This document shows positions 19,139 to 31,094 of a DNA stretch of 32,000 nucleotides, piece by piece. Location of the stretch: positions 1 to 32,000 of the forward strand of contig NZ_CP010546.1 of assembly GCF_001272835.1 (NCBI RefSeq). The letters are read 5' to 3'. Positions within the stretch are counted from its first letter, which is position 1. Every line of letters begins with the position of its first letter. The DNA comes from Mycoplasmoides pneumoniae FH (GTDB taxonomy: Bacteria; Bacillota_I; Bacilli_A; Mycoplasmatales; Mycoplasmoidaceae). The translations under genes and the position numbers were made by a program. The notes beneath the pieces were generated by a model, which was not told the DNA's origin, did not search any database, and saw only the letters and a list, made by a program, of their open reading frames with translations.

Positions 19139-19215
19139 TGGTGGAAGTAAATGGACTTGAACCATCGACCTCACCCTTATCAGGGGTGTGCTCTAACCAA
19201 CTGAGCTATACTTCC
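19139..19215 (-). tRNA. tRNA-Ile (anticodon GAU), CCA encoded
   Basis: Acceptor stem GGAAGTA/TACTTCC, D-arm GCTC-AGTTGGTTA-GAGC, anticodon stem-loop CACCC-CTGATAA-GGGTG, T-arm GATGG-TTCAAGT-CCATT. Confidence 0.9.
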
Positions 19216-19285
19216 AGGCAAAATCTTCGTACAGGTTCGCTTCATAATTATATTAATTTAGCCAAAGCTAGTTTTTAAGCGGTCT

Positions 19286-19291
19286 TATAAT
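19286..19291 (+). promoter_or_regulatory. Candidate -10 box (TATAAT) for the ABC exporter operon
   Basis: Perfect TATAAT 18 nt upstream of ATG 19309, implying a very short leader. A minus-strand TATAAT (plus coordinates 19247-19252) could serve the divergent tRNA genes. Confidence 0.4.
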
Positions 19292-19308
19292 TAAAGCAAG
19301 TAGTTTTT

Positions 19309-21180
19309 ATGGGTCTTGTTTTAAAACAATTTAACAGGAAAATAAGAACAGCTTTAATTCTGGCGCCGCTTTTCACCTTTGCACAGATTATTATTGATCT
19401 TATTATTCCGTCCTTTTTGGCCAGTGCTATTGCCGTAGTGTTCTCAATTGTCACGCTTAAACAAAAAGAAGCATCAGGCGAGGGAGTTGCTGTTGATTTT
19501 ATTGCTGAAAGTAAGTTAAGTTTCCAAAGTGTCCAGGAAGCGCAAATAGTGTTAGCGACCTCAGTGATCTTGTTAGCACTCTTTGGTTTAGTGTTTGGGT
19601 TAATTTCCATTTTTTGTGCCAGCATAGTAGCGGGGAATACCTCTTACTTTTTAAGAAGGAAGATTTTTCGCAAGATTATGCACATTACCGCACCTTCTCA
19701 TGACCAATATGGCTCTTCTACGTTGTTGGTAAGGTTGACCAATGACGTTTACTTAATGGAAATCATGACCTTTGATTTTTTGCGGTTAATTGTTCGTGCA
19801 CCTTTCTTGTTTATAGGGGGTCTAGCCTTTGCTATTGCCACTAACTCTGACATGTCGATTTCGCTAGCCATTACCTTTCCTTTGACCTTCTTAGTGATTG
19901 GGATTCTCAACAAGAAATCGACCCCGTTATTTAAGAACAACCAGAAATCGGTGGACCAAATTAACGAACGCGTGGAGGAAGATGTGTCGGGTTACAAGGT
20001 AGTGCAGTCGTTTAACTTAAAGGACACGGAATGTCTCAAGTTTAAGGCAGCTAATGCAAGGTGAACTAAGTCGAGTACGAATTCGTTGTTTGTCAATACA
20101 CTGAACATTCCCTTTACCTTCTTCTTTTCCAGTATGACTATCATCATTGCGTTGCTTTTAGTCTTCCAACTAGATAATTCAGTCAGAGTGGATCCCCTAC
20201 CAGATAATGCTGCCATTAGACCCAGCATCTTTGCTTTCTTCCAGTACAACTTCTATATTGTCTTGGGTTTAATCTTGACCTCGCTAACAATGGTCAACTT
20301 TACCCGTTCCCGCGTGGCCTTGGGTCGGATTAAGGATGTTTTGAATAAACCGGAAATCCAACAACATGTGGTTCCTGATCAAACAGTTCTAGCCCCTAGC
20401 TTGGAATTCAAAAACGTGGCCTTTGGGTTAGGTAACAAGGAAAACCGGGACTTCTTGCAAGACCTTAACTTTAAGTTTGAGGCCGGTAAGACTTACGGAA
20501 TTGTGGGACCTACTGGTTCGGGTAAGTCTTTAATAGCTAATATTATTGGGGGTTTATATGAACCCAACCAAGGTGAAATCTTTGTTGGTGGTCAAAGTAT
20601 TAAAACGATTGACAGTGACTATTTAGCCAAGATGATCGGGATTGTCTTTCAGCAAAACATTCTCTTTAAGGGCACGATTGCTTCCAACATTAAGATAGGC
20701 CTGGAAACCAGGGAAGACTGGAAGCACGAACCAGATAGCAAAAAGGATGCTGCCATGAAACGCGCTGCTGCCATTGCTTGTGCTGATACCTTCATCGAAA
20801 AGTTCAGCGATACCTATGACCATACGGTGGAACAGTTAGGCAAAAACCTCTCTGGTGGGCAAAAACAACGCGTCGCCATTACTAGAACCGTTATTACTAA
20901 ACCACAAATCTTAGTGTTGGATGACAGTATGAGTGCGCTGGACGCTTTAACCGAAAAGAAGGTCCGGGAAAACATTGCCAACGAACTTCCGGGCACCACT
21001 AAGATCATTATTAGTCAAAACATTAATTCGATTAAGTACGCGCACAAAATTATGGTGATTGATAACGGTCGGATTGCTGGGTTTGACAGTGATGCTAAGC
21101 TCATGCAGAGCTGTGACATCTATGTCAAGATGAAGCAAGCACAAAAAGACCAAGGAGGTGATTTCGATGCTGTCGCATAA
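19309..21180 (+). CDS. ABC exporter half-transporter (TMD-NBD, 623 aa) with a degenerate ATPase site
   Basis: Pieces joined at TGA 20062-20064. Walker A GPTGSGKS and signature LSGGQKQR. Walker B is ILVLDD followed by S instead of the catalytic E. The H-loop position is Q (IIISQN). Confidence 0.9.
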
Positions 21181-22996
21181 CCAAAAACCCAATTCCTGGA
21201 AGATTTTGTGACGTTTAATTAAGTCCGTGCAAGGTCGCACTTCCTCCAAGGTGCTGTATGTCATGGTCTGTGCCATCTTTGGTATTCTCACTGGGGTTAC
21301 TAACTCGATTCTCTTGGCCCAGGGCCTGGGTTTTATTTTTCCTACCACTAATACCGAAACTGATGGTATCCAATCAGTGTACTTACTGGTATTTGCGCAC
21401 AACTTACCGGTCATGGAGCGCTTGACGATTGTTTGTGTTACCGTGGTTGTGGCTTACATTCTCATCTTTAGTTTTAACGTAGCGCAGAACTATTTAGGTT
21501 TAAAGCTGTACCAAGAGATCTGTGCCTTGTTGCGCTGAAAGGCTTACCTCAAGATTCAAAGTATGTCCACTAGTTTCTTTGATACGCAGAACAACGGGGA
21601 TTTAATGAGTCGCTTGACCAACGACGTTTACAACATTAACAACCTGTATGCCCAAGTGGGTGGACAGACAATTCAGAGTTTGTTTATCTTAATGACAACA
21701 GCGACGATTCTGTTTGTTTTAAGTCCAGTCATTGCCTTAATTTCGCTAACAGTCTTAATTGCTCTAATTGCCCTTTCCTTTCTCTTTTTAAAGAAGGCAC
21801 GCGCTGCTTATGCAAAGGTGCAAAACAACTTAGGGGACATGTCGGGTTACATTGAAGAAGTGTTGTCGAACCATAAGGTAGTTCATGTCTTGAAACTGCA
21901 AGAGGTGATGATTGATAACTTTGACAAGTACAACCGCCCGATGGTTAACCCCACCATTAAGGCCAATACCTATGCGGTGTTTATTTACTCCTGGTTTGGT
22001 TTTATTTCCAATATTACTTACTTAGCTTCGATCTCAATTGCCACGGCCTTTAGTGTGAATAACATTCCCTCCTTTGGGGTGAGTGCGATTAACTATTCGT
22101 TTATGCTGTCTTACATTGCGGCCTTACGTCAAACAGCACTCCCTTTAAACCAGATCTTTAGCTTGTGAAACTTAATCCAGTTAGGGATAGTAAGTGGCGA
22201 GAGGGTCTTCAAGATCTTGGATCTAGAAAGTCCCCAAAAACAGGCCACCATTACTAAGTTACCCAACATTAAGGGCAACATCCGTTTTGAAAAGGTAGCT
22301 TTTGGTTACAGTGCGGACAAACCAATTTTAACGGGGATTGATTTCTCGGTTAAACACGGTGACATTGTGGCCATAGTCGGTCCTACTGGAGCGGGTAAGT
22401 CCACCATTATTAACCTGTTGATGAAGTTCTACAAACCGTTTGCTGGGAAGATCTACATGGACAACTTTGAGATTAGTGAGGTGAGTGAAACTGCTTGACG
22501 GGAAAAGATTTCGATTGTGCTCCAAGACCCCTTCTTGTTTAGTGGCACGATTAAGGAAAACATCCGCATGGGACGGCAAGATGCCACTGATGAGGAAATT
22601 ATAGAGGCGTGCAAGGTGGCCAATGCTCATGACTTTATTATGCGTTTACCCCAAGGTTACAACACCTTTATTTCCAACAAAACTGATTATCTCTCGGTCG
22701 GTGAGCGCCAACTGTTAACTATTGCCCGCGCTGTTATTCGTAATGCCCCGGTGTTATTATTGGATGAAGCCACGAGCTCCATCGATGTACACTCCGAAAA
22801 ATTGATCCAACAATCAATAGGCAGACTAATGAAGGATAAAACATCGTTTATAATATCCCATCGACTCTCAATCATCCGTAATGCGACGCTGATAATTGTG
22901 ATTAATGATGGAAAAGTTTTGGAAATGGGTAACCATGAACAATTAATGCGGCAAAACGGTTTTTATGCTCGATTAAAGCGCTCTGCTGTGAAGTAA
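21167..22996 (+). CDS. ABC exporter half-transporter (TMD-NBD, 609 aa) with a canonical ATPase site
   Basis: ATG 21167 is preceded by AAGGAGGTG (21152-21160). Five same-frame pieces joined at TGA codons. Walker A GPTGAGKST, Walker B LLLDEATS, H-loop IISHR, and a non-canonical signature LSVGERQ. Overlaps the upstream gene by 14 nt. Confidence 0.88.
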
Positions 22997-23005
22997 GATC
23001 CAACC

Positions 23006-26000
23006 ATGACGATTGCTGAAATAAGGAAATTTGCACAAACCACGCAAAAGTTTGTCGAAGCGGAAAACCTGTTTGAGCATGGTAACGTAGTCTTGCCCAA
23101 AAAATACCTCAATAAGGCGCGGGGCATGGCTGAAGTATTGTACAACAGCCAGGTCATTAAAGTAAGTTTTACGGCTAAAGATGGTGAGCTAACGTGTAAG
23201 TGTAGTTGTTTGGCTAACGTTGACAACTGCGTGCACATTGTAGCTGTATTGCTCAAATACCACCAAATGCTAGTGGAGTCCAAACGCAGTTTTAACTTAG
23301 CTGAAGCCTTTCACTTGGACTGTGATCAGGCCGAAATGCTGATTGAAAACCTCAGTTTAGAGATTATTGCCGGGGGATGAAACTTTAAGCTGGGGTTCAC
23401 GATTAACTTAGATAAGCACAATCCCCAACCGAGTGTCTTGCGCTTTTATTGTTGTGATGCGACCTTTGTGTACTTCCTTCACTTGGAAAACGACACTTTG
23501 CACTCAGTCGAATTGTCCAAGTTTAAACCAGAGGAACGCGCTACCTTACTCTTCTTTGATAAATTGTGCAAGCAGTTTACAGTGGGGTATGACCGCAACA
23601 GTTTGCTCTTTCCGTTAGCGGGTTTTTTAAAGGAGTTACAAGCCAACACGGAGCCCACCATCTTTGTCTTTAACGATGACAAAATTGACAACATCCTCTT
23701 TTTAAGGATTTCCAAAAAGCACCATGGTTTAAACCATGTTTGTGGTTTTAGTGGCAAGAAGGTATTTGACTTTGTTACTTATAAACAAAAGGAAAAGCAG
23801 ATTGTGTTGCGCTCAGCGTACCTGAGTAAGTTCACTGACTTTAAGTTTCCTTACACCATTAACATCTACAAACTCCAGTTTGGGGAACCGCTGTTCTTTC
23901 ACTTTTTAATTCAGCTAAAGCGTGATGGCTTTAAGAACTTCTACTTTCAAAGTGAAGACAGTATTGTCAAGGAAAAGGAATACCTACCGAAGCTGTACTT
24001 TAAGGTCGAGTACGATCCGGTCAAAAACAAGTTTGTCAGTGATGCCTTCTTTAAGTACAAGAACCACTTTAATAAGGGCACAACCACGGTGTATCCGCAC
24101 CGCTATTACATGGCTAAAAAGTCGGATCGCGGTGGTTTTAACCGCTTGTTGTTTTACGAAGAGGCCGTGGAAAACTTCTACCAAGACCAGTTTGATTTGG
24201 GTTACTTCCGTAAGTTTGAACACCTACCGATCCAGGACAAAAACCAGATTGAGGCCTTTAAAGCAGCGCTAGATGACTTAATGCCCGTGGATTTGGCTGA
24301 AGTGAGTTTATCCGATAACTTACTCCACCAAAAACCGCTTCATTTTGCCCTGTCTGATCTAGAAGCAGTTGCTGTTGATGACAAACAAATTAAGTTAAGT
24401 TTTGCCCCTAGTGCGGTTGAACTGAAATTAATTAAACGGATCTTATCCGCTTACCATAAGGGCAATGTGGTCTGTATCGACCAGGAGAGTTGGTATGACC
24501 TCAAGCAACCAGCTGCTAAAGAACTAATCCAGTTCTGAAACCAGTTTGACTTACGCAACGCTACCAGTGATGGTAATCACATCTACCTCCCGAAATATTA
24601 CTTGTTTGAAGTGGCCAAGATCTTTAGTCAGTACTTGGACATTAAAAACCTGTTTGATGTACCGACCATTAAAAAGATTGAAGACCAAAACAACAACGTC
24701 TTTGACCTTTCCTTAGAACACAAAAAGATTACTTCACTGCGCAACTACCAACAAGAAGGAGTGAAGTGAATTCGCGGTTTGGAGGAAAATAAGTTTGGTG
24801 GTATTCTGGCTGACGAAATGGGGTTAGGGAAAACGGTGCAGGTGATCTTTGCGCTGTTGGACAGCTATCTCAAAAACCACGTTAACCTCCCTAGCTTAAT
24901 TATTGTTCCGGCTTCTTTATTGTTGAACTGAAAGAGTGAGTTTGAAAAGTTTGCCCCGCAAATTAAGGTCAAGGTAGCTAACATCCCTTCTAAGGAACGC
25001 GGTGAGTTGTACGAAAAACTTACTAACGAAATCCTGATTGTGAGCTTTAACGTGTTGCGCAGTGATGTGAAGTTAATTACCAAACAGCGCTTTCACTATG
25101 TTGTAATTGACGAAGCGCAGGGCATTAAAAACGACAGCTCTTCAATTACCAAAGCTGCCAAAAAGGTGAAGGGCAACTTCTGTTTGGCCTTAACTGGTAC
25201 GCCAATAGAAAACCGCTTGTTGGACCTTTGATCCTGCTTTGATTTTGTGCTCCCAAGCTTTTTAGGGAACAAAAAGCAGTTTACCGACCAGTTTGAAAAG
25301 GAAAAAACCGACCAAAGCTTCCATTTGTTAATGCAGCGCACTAGTCCCTTTATTTTGCGTCGTACCAAGTCCAAGGTCTTGAAGGAACTGCCTAACAAAA
25401 TTACCACCGATATTTACGTAGAATTAAACCCAATGCACCAGAAGCTGTATGAGGAAGAACGTGACCGCGGTTTGGAGGAAATTAAGCAAATCCAAGACAA
25501 GAGTTCCTTTAACATCTTGACTTTAATCTTGAAGTTAAGGCACTTGTGTAGTTTACCCAAAAACAGTCAGGGTATTTTGGAAAACAGTGCCAAAAAGGAA
25601 GCTGCTTTAGAAATTATCCACGAAGCGATTGAAAACCAGCGCAAGATTATCCTCTTTACCCAGTTCATTGATGTAATTGACCACTTTAAAGACACCTTTA
25701 AAGAGCAGGGCATTGAGTACTTTATCTTTGATGGCCGTAAGTCTCCTAAAAGCCGTCACAGTATTATCGAGAAGTTCAACAATGCCAAAAACCCTTGTGT
25801 GTTGTTAGCGTCCTTGAAAGCAGGGGGTGTGGGAATTAACCTCACTGCCGCTGAAGTGGTAATCCACTTTGATGTGTGGTGAAATACCGCCGTGGAAAAC
25901 CAAGCGACTGACCGGGCCCACCGCATAGGACAAAAGAAAACAGTCCAAGTTTACCGCATTATTGCTAAAAATACGATTGAAGAGCGGGTCTGTCAAGTGC

Positions 26001-26098
26001 AGGCCGAAAAACAGGAGTTAGTGAGCAAAACGCTAGTGGAAGACGTCAATTTTTTCGAATCCTTGACCAATGAGGAATTATTACGTCTTTTTGAATAA
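23006..26098 (+). CDS. SWIM zinc-finger + SNF2-family ATP-dependent helicase (1030 aa)
   Basis: SWIM motif CKCSC...[12 protein letters not shown] near the N-terminus. SNF2 motifs [27 protein letters not shown] and [19 protein letters not shown]. Same-frame pieces joined at TGA codons (for example 23378, 24536, 25880). Confidence 0.92.
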
Positions 26099-26111
26099 AT
26101 CAAAGCAGTTT

Positions 26112-26117
26112 TATAAT
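26112..26117 (+). promoter_or_regulatory. Candidate -10 box (TATAAT) for dnaJ
   Basis: Perfect TATAAT that overlaps the first base of the CIRCE-like element, 27 nt before the ATG. Confidence 0.45.
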
Positions 26118-26143
26118 TAACACTCGAATGATTAAAGTGATAA
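26117..26143 (+). promoter_or_regulatory. CIRCE-like operator (HrcA site): TTAACACTC-N9-AAGTGATAA
   Basis: Matches TTAGCACTC-N9-GAGTGCTAA at 15 of 18 positions with the exact 9-nt spacer. It sits directly in front of the heat-shock gene dnaJ and ends at the base before the ATG. Confidence 0.6.
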
Positions 26144-27316
26144 ATGGCCGCTGGTAAACGTGATTATTATGAAGTGTTAGGCGTTTCCAGATCCGCCACC
26201 GCACAAGACATCAAACGAGCTTTCCGCAAGCTTGCTATGCAGTACCACCCCGACCGCCATAAGGGTGAGGGTGAGACTGTCCAAAAACAAAACGAAGAGA
26301 AGTTTAAAGAGGTCAATGAGGCGTACGAGGTCTTAAGTGACACCGAGAAGCGTGGTATGTACGACCGCTTTGGCCATGAAGGGTTAAATGCCTCTGGCTT
26401 CCATGAAACTGGGTTTAATCCCTTTGACATCTTTAACAGTGTCTTTGGTGAGGGCTTTTCGTTTGACATGGACGGGGGTTCACCGTTTGACTTTATCTTT
26501 AGTAGGGGCAAAAAGTCGCGGCAAAACCGGGTTGTTTTGCCCTATGATTTAGAGATTGCGGTGGGGGTAGACATTAGCTTCTTTGAGATGACTAATGGTT
26601 GTACTCGGACGATTGAATATACCAAACGGGTGACCTGTAGTGCCTGTGATGGTTTTGGGGCTGAAGGGGGAGAAACCGGGATGGTTAGCTGTAACAGTTG
26701 TGAAGGCAATGGTTTTATTTTGAAGAATCAACGCTCCATCTTTGGTACAGTCCAGTCCCAGATGTTGTGTCAGAGCTGTGGTGGTCAGGGTAAACAGGCC
26801 AAACACAAGTGTAAGACTTGTAAGGGAAGTAAGTACAAGAAGGTACCAACTACCAAGGAAATTCAGATTCCCGCTGGCATTTACCATGGTGATGCGTTAG
26901 TCGATGACCATGGTGGTAATGAATTCGGGGGTCACGTTGGCAAGTTAGTGGTCCATGTGGGGGTACTACCGAGTAAGATCTTTAAACGGGTTGACCATAA
27001 TGTAGTAGCCAATGTTTTAGTCGATCCGATGATTGCTATCACCGGAGGGAAAATTGAACTCCCTACCTTAGAAGGCATTAAGGAATTCAACTTACGTGCT
27101 GGTACTAAGAGTGGCGAGCAAATAGTAATCCCTGGTGGTGGGATTAAATTTACGAAGAACTTCCGCAAGAAGGCCGGGGATCTCATTATTATTATCAGTT
27201 ATGCCCGTCCAAGTGAATACAGTGCGCCAGAGTTGCGCAAGCTCAAGGAATTTATTAAACCTAATCAAGAGGTAAAACAATATTTAAACGCACTTAAGAA
27301 TGAATACAAGTCCTAA
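26144..27316 (+). CDS. dnaJ: Chaperone DnaJ (390 aa)
   Basis: J domain DYYEVLGV...YHPDRH, a G/F-rich linker, and four CxxCxGxG zinc motifs ([32 protein letters not shown]). Confidence 0.96.
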
Positions 27317-28229
27317 GCAAAGTGGTTATTTAAAGGTTGGTAATGGTCATGAGGTCTACTTTTGAACTGCTGGTAATCCCCAAGGAAAATCAGCACTTTA
27401 CGTTCATGGGGGACCAGGTTCGGGTACGGATGCGGGTTGTTTAAAGTACTTTGACTTAGACACTACCTATGTAATCTTGTTAGACCAACGGGGTTGTGGT
27501 CAAAGTAAAGCGGTTAATCCCTTACTGCACAACACTACCCAAGACTTAGTTGGGGACTTGGAAGCGTTGCGCCAACACTTAAAACTTGAGCGTTGGACCC
27601 TATTTGGTGGTAGTTGGGGTTCTACTTTAGCCTTAGTGTATGCCATTACCCATCCCCAAGTAGTCGAACAAGTCTTTTTAAGAGCGCTCTTTTTGGGCCG
27701 TGAACAAGACTGGGCTGAAATGCTGTTGGGCTTGGGCAAGCTCTTCTACCCTTACGAACACCAAACGTTACTGAAAGCCATTCCCCAGGCTTGTCGCACT
27801 GACTTTACGAAATTCACTAACTACTTTTATGAAGTGTTGCAAGGTAACGATTCCGCTTTAAAAACGCAGTTAGCCAACGCTTGGGTTAAGTGGGAAAATA
27901 CCTTACTATCACCGATTAGCTATGTCAAAGACGAGAAAGCAGAAGATGCGAACTTTACCTTTAAGTTAGCGCTCTTGGAATGTCACTACGCAAAGCACCA
28001 CAGCTTTTTAAAACCGAACTTTATCCTGGAAAATGTTGCGGTATTAAAGGACAAACCGGTGCACTTAATCCACGGCCGTTTTGATCTAGTCTGTCCGTTA
28101 AGTCAAGCCTTGGAACTCAAACGTGCTTTACCAACGCTTAACTTGTATGTAACTAACAATGCCGGGCACAGTGGCAGTGATCCCAATAACCTCACTACCA
28201 TTAAACACCTTTTAAAAACACAACTGTAA
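27300..28229 (+). CDS. pip: Proline iminopeptidase, alpha/beta hydrolase (309 aa)
   Basis: ATG 27300 with an in-frame TGA (VYFWTAG). Motifs HGGPGSG and [10 protein letters not shown], and the nucleophile elbow GGSWGS. Overlaps dnaJ by 17 nt. Confidence 0.88.
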
Positions 28230-29767
28230 TGAAACGGTGTTACATTACCACCCCGATTTACTACGCCTCGGGTAAGCCCCACATTGGCCATGCCTTTACG
28301 ACCATCTTAGCGGATGTGATTAAGCGGTATAAACAGCAAAACGGTTATGAAGCTTACTTTCTAACTGGTACGGATGAACACGGCAACAAAATTGAAAGTA
28401 AGGCCAAAAGTTTAGGTCTAGATCCCCAAACCTTTGTGGATCAAAACGTGGCTTACTTTCAACAAATGTGAAAGCAGTTAGACATTAACTTTGACCACTT
28501 TATCCGCACCACTGATCTTAGTCATAAAGCCCAAGTTCAACAGGCCTTTCAACTACTTTATGACAAGGGGTTAATTTACCAAAGTAACTGGGAGGGTGCT
28601 TACTGTGTCGAGTGTGAGCAGAACTATTTCACTTATGATAAACAAACAATGTTGTGTGAAATAGGTCACCAGTTAACCCTAGTCCAAGAACCATCTTTAT
28701 TTATTGCCTTTAAAGATAGTAAGGACTGGATTGGGGAAATGATTGCGACAAACAAGCTCAACATTACCCCTGAATCCAGAGCCGCTGAGTTAAAGAACAA
28801 CTTCTTGGATGGGGGTTTAAATGACTTAGCTTTAACACGGCAAAACGTGACTTGGGGAATTCCCGTACCCTTTGACAACAAGCAAACGATTTACGTGTGG
28901 TTTGATGCCTTGTTTAACTACATTACTAACTTAGGGTTTGCCCATAACGACCCTAAATTTAACAAATGGTGGAACAATAATGATGAGGAACACGAAGTCA
29001 TTCATTTAATTTCACGCGAAATTACCCGTTTCCACTGCATTTACTGACCAATCTTTCTCCACCAGTTGGGTTTTAAACTACCGACCCAGTTTCTCTCCCA
29101 TGGTTGGATTGTCGATGGTAATGGGCACAAGATGTCCAAGTCGTTGGGCAATGTCATTTCCCCCGAAGAACTATTGGCCCAGTTTGGTGTTGATGGTACG
29201 CGTTATTGCTTACTTAAAGAAATGCGCTTGGACAAGGACAACCGCTGTAGTATGGCGATCTTTAAGGACATTTACAACGCTGATTTGGCCAACAGTTTTG
29301 GTAACCACGCATCACGTACCTTTGGCATGATCAAAAAGTACTTGGGCGGCCAGTTAGACTTTATCGAAGTCCAAGACCCTCAAGTAAAGCAGCTAATGGA
29401 CCAAGCGGACCAAGCGATGGTTCAGTTTGACACCGCTTGAAATAACTTCCAGTTTTACAAGGGCATTAATGGCTTACTGCAACTAGTCTTTCAAGCTAGC
29501 AAGTTAATTGACCAGTTAAAACCGTGGGAGTTAGTCAAACAAACAGATTACACCTTACTCAAGCAATTACTGTTTGCTTGTGTCCGTTGTACCCAAGTGT
29601 GCTTTGTCTTGTTAGCGCCGATCTTAGTTCATACCAGTACCCAGATATTTGACCTGTTTAACTTCAGTGCCCAAGCACGTAGTAAGACCCACCTAGCTGA
29701 TCCACAACAACTGCAAAAAATCAGCTTAGCACCTGTAATTCAACTTTTATTTAAAAGATTGGATTAA
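28229..29767 (+). CDS. metG: Methionyl-tRNA synthetase (512 aa)
   Basis: HIGH motif PHIGHAF and KMSKS motif HKMSKSLGN. Pieces joined at TGA 28469, 29045 and 29438; stop TAA 29765-29767. The start overlaps the pip stop (TAATG). Confidence 0.95.
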
Positions 29768-29787
29768 TTAAATTAGATTAGAATTTA

Positions 29788-30228
29788 ATGACTATGCAAG
29801 TAGAATACCTCGATCTCATCTCCCAAGCGAAGGAGATTGCTGAGACCCAATTTAAGGCGGAACCGTTTTCCTTTGATGCTATTTGAAAGGAAGTAGTGAA
29901 GCACTTTAAGATCTCCAAACAAGACGAACCTAACCTAATTTCGCGGTTTTACCAAGACTTTTTGGAAGACCCTAACTTTGTTTATTTAGGGGAACGCAAC
30001 TGGAAGTTAAGGGACTTCATGAAGTTTGATGAATGGAACAAGATTTCCCAAGCAATGTTTGTGACCAAGGAAATCTTTGAAGAGGGTTATGAAGACCTGT
30101 CCAACAAGAAGAAGGAAAACGAGGAAGAAGTGAATGACTTCATTATGGGCAATGATGGTGATGACAACAGTACCGGTGATGAAATTGTGCAAGGACTCAT
30201 TAACGATTTTCGCGACGATAACCAATAA
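29788..30228 (+). CDS. rpoE: RNA polymerase delta subunit (146 aa)
   Basis: ATG 29788 with an in-frame TGA at 29884-29886. Small protein with an N-terminal globular part and an acidic D/E/N-rich tail, as in Firmicute/Mollicute RpoE. The symbol relies partly on synteny recalled from memory. Confidence 0.72.
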
Positions 30229-31094
30229 TGCTAGTAAACATCAAACAAATGTTGCAACACGCTAAGCAACACCACTATGCTGTACCCCACATTAATATCA
30301 ATAACTATGAATGGGCTAAGGCAGTATTAACAGCGGCTCAGCAGGCCAAGAGTCCGATTATTGTCTCCACTTCTGAGGGCGCTTTAAAGTATATGTCCGG
30401 ACACCAAGTGGTAGTACCGATGGTAAAGGGCTTAGTCGATGCTTTAAAGATTACTGTACCCGTAGCACTCCACTTAGACCATGGTAGTTATGAAGGTTGT
30501 AAGGCAGCGTTGCAAGCTGGGTTTAGTTCCATTATGTTTGATGGCTCGCATTTACCCTTTCAAGAAAACTTCACTAAATCCAAGGAGTTAATTGAACTAG
30601 CTAAACAAACCAATGCTTCTGTGGAACTAGAAGTGGGTACCTTAGGTGGGGAAGAAGATGGTATTGTGGGTCAAGGTGAATTGGCCAACATTGAAGAGTG
30701 CAAGCAAATTGCGACCTTAAAACCGGATGCCTTAGCTGCTGGGATTGGTAACATCCACGGGCTTTACCCCGACAACTGAAAGGGTTTAAACTATGAACTA
30801 ATTGAAGCGATTGCTAAAGCGACTAACTTACCCTTAGTGCTCCATGGTGGTTCGGGAATTCCGGAAGCGGATGTCAAAAAAGCAATTGGCTTAGGCATTA
30901 GCAAGCTCAACATTAACACTGAATGTCAACTAGCGTTTGCTAAAGCGATTCGGGAATATGTGGAAGCCAAGAAGGACTTAGATACCCACAATAAGGGCTA
31001 TGACCCACGGAAATTGTTAAAGTCACCTACCCAAGCAATTGTGGACTGCTGCTTGGAAAAGATGCAGCTCTGTGGTTCAACCAATAAGGCTTAG
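30228..31094 (+). CDS. fba: Class II fructose-bisphosphate aldolase (288 aa)
   Basis: Motifs LHLDHG, MFDGSH and LHGGSG. Pieces joined at TGA 30777-30779. The start overlaps the rpoE stop (TAATG). Confidence 0.93.

Noticed and set aside
20947-21414. 155-aa minus-strand ORF across the junction of the two ABC genes.
   Set aside because: It is antisense to two motif-rich ABC coding sequences. No start context, no family resemblance.
23006-26098. SNF2 helicase as part of a defence island (DISARM- or Zorya-like).
   Set aside because: No methyltransferase, nuclease, PLD or Zor/Drm-type partner genes are adjacent. The flanks are an ABC exporter and dnaJ, which is a housekeeping context.
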